Shown one piece after another: positions 63,001 through 64,000 of a stretch of 64,000 bases of DNA. The translations under genes were made by a program, and so were the position numbers. Location of the stretch: contig OX597843.1 in the NCBI GenBank assembly GCA_951406725.2, forward strand, positions 16,740,001 through 16,804,000. Direction: 5' to 3'. The notes under the pieces are model-generated. The model saw only the letters and a list, made by a program, of their open reading frames with translations. It was not told the origin of the DNA and did not search any database. Source of the DNA: Octopus vulgaris (lineage: Eukaryota). Position 1 is the stretch's first letter. Each line of letters begins with the position of its first letter.

Positions 63001-64000
63001 ACTTAAATGGTACCCTTATCAGTGACACATAAAAGGCACCGGTGCCAGAGACACTGAAATGGTACCCTTATCAGTGACACATAAAAGGTACCTGTTCCAG
63101 AGACACTAAAATGGTACCCTTATCAGTGACACATAAAAGACACCTGTGCCAGAGACACTGAAATGGTACCCTTATCAGTGACACATAAAAGGCACCTGTG
63201 CCAGAGACACTGAAATGGTACCCTTATCAGTCACACATAAAAGGCACCTGTGCCAGAGACACTGAAATGGTACCCCTATCAGTGACACATAAAAGGCACC
63301 TGTGCCAGAGACACTGAAATGGTACCCTTATCAGTGACACATAAAAGGCACCTCTGCTAGAGACACTGAAATGGTACCATTATCAGTGACACATAAAAGG
63401 CACTTGTGCCAGAGACACTTAAATGGTACCCTTATCAGTCACACATAAAAGGCACCTGTGCCAGAGACACTTAAATAGTACCCTTATCAGTGACACATAA
63501 AAGGCACCTGTGCCAGAGACACTGAAATGGTACCCTTATCAGTGACACATATAAGGCACCTGTGCCAGAGACACTTAAATAGTACCCTTATCAGTGACAC
63601 ATAAAAGGCACCTGTGCCAGAGACACTGAAATGGTACCCTTATCAGTGACACATAAAAGGCACTGAAATGGTACCCTTATCAGTGACACATAAAATGCAC
63701 CCATGCCAGAGACACTGAAATGGTACCCTTATCAGTGACACATAAAAGGCACCTGTGCCAGAGACACTTAAATGGTACCCTTATCAGTGACACATATAAG
63801 GCACCTGTGCCAGAGACACTGAAATGGTACCCTTATCAGTGACACATAAAAGGCACCTGTGCCAGAGACACTTAAATGGTACCCTTATCAGTGACACATA
63901 AAAGGCACCTGTGCCAGAGACACTGAAATGGTACCCTTATCAGTGACACATAAAATGCACCCATGCCAGAGACACTGAAATGGTACCCGTATCAGTGACA
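60019..64000. repeat. 52-bp satellite array, about 76 copies, runs off the window
   Basis: Period 52 (60019, 60071, ...); each unit is two related 26-bp halves; no unique spacers. Confidence 0.97.

Noticed and set aside
60019-64000. CRISPR-like regular repeat array
   Set aside because: Units are contiguous with no unique spacers, there are no cas genes, and the context is eukaryotic; it is a tandem satellite.

Overview
Repeat-rich animal genomic DNA, most consistent with an octopus (coleoid cephalopod) from its SINE families and microsatellite load; this host call is an inference. Genes: (1) a 1789-aa multi-cluster C2H2/C2HC zinc-finger ORF at 1554-6923, whose N- and C-terminal finger arrays are homologous. 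(2) A spliced gene the ORF track misses: exons 51509-51591 and 56276-56433 join in frame into a signal peptide plus an MG1-like start of a thioester-protein/alpha-2-macroglobulin/CD109-type protein, with candidate upstream exons at about 16.8 kb and 38.9 kb. The rest is nested mobile DNA: several modular tRNA-derived SINE families, R4/Dong, RTE and CR1 LINE fragments, Penelope-like element (PLE) fragments, a decayed IR-DR Tc1 transposon, non-autonomous Helitrons, piggyBac- and mariner-type MITEs, and a 52-bp satellite. The most interesting signal is a set of minimal type-I hammerhead ribozyme motifs in PLE-like fold-back elements inserted in (TA)n tracts. One is a non-coding 356-nt circularly permuted retrozyme-like unit (29091-29711) with a compensatory U3-A8 hammerhead core. 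A 100-N gap at 36998-37097 is flanked by a probable false duplication. All calls come from reading the sequence by eye; no searches or folding programs were run, and repeat boundaries are approximate.
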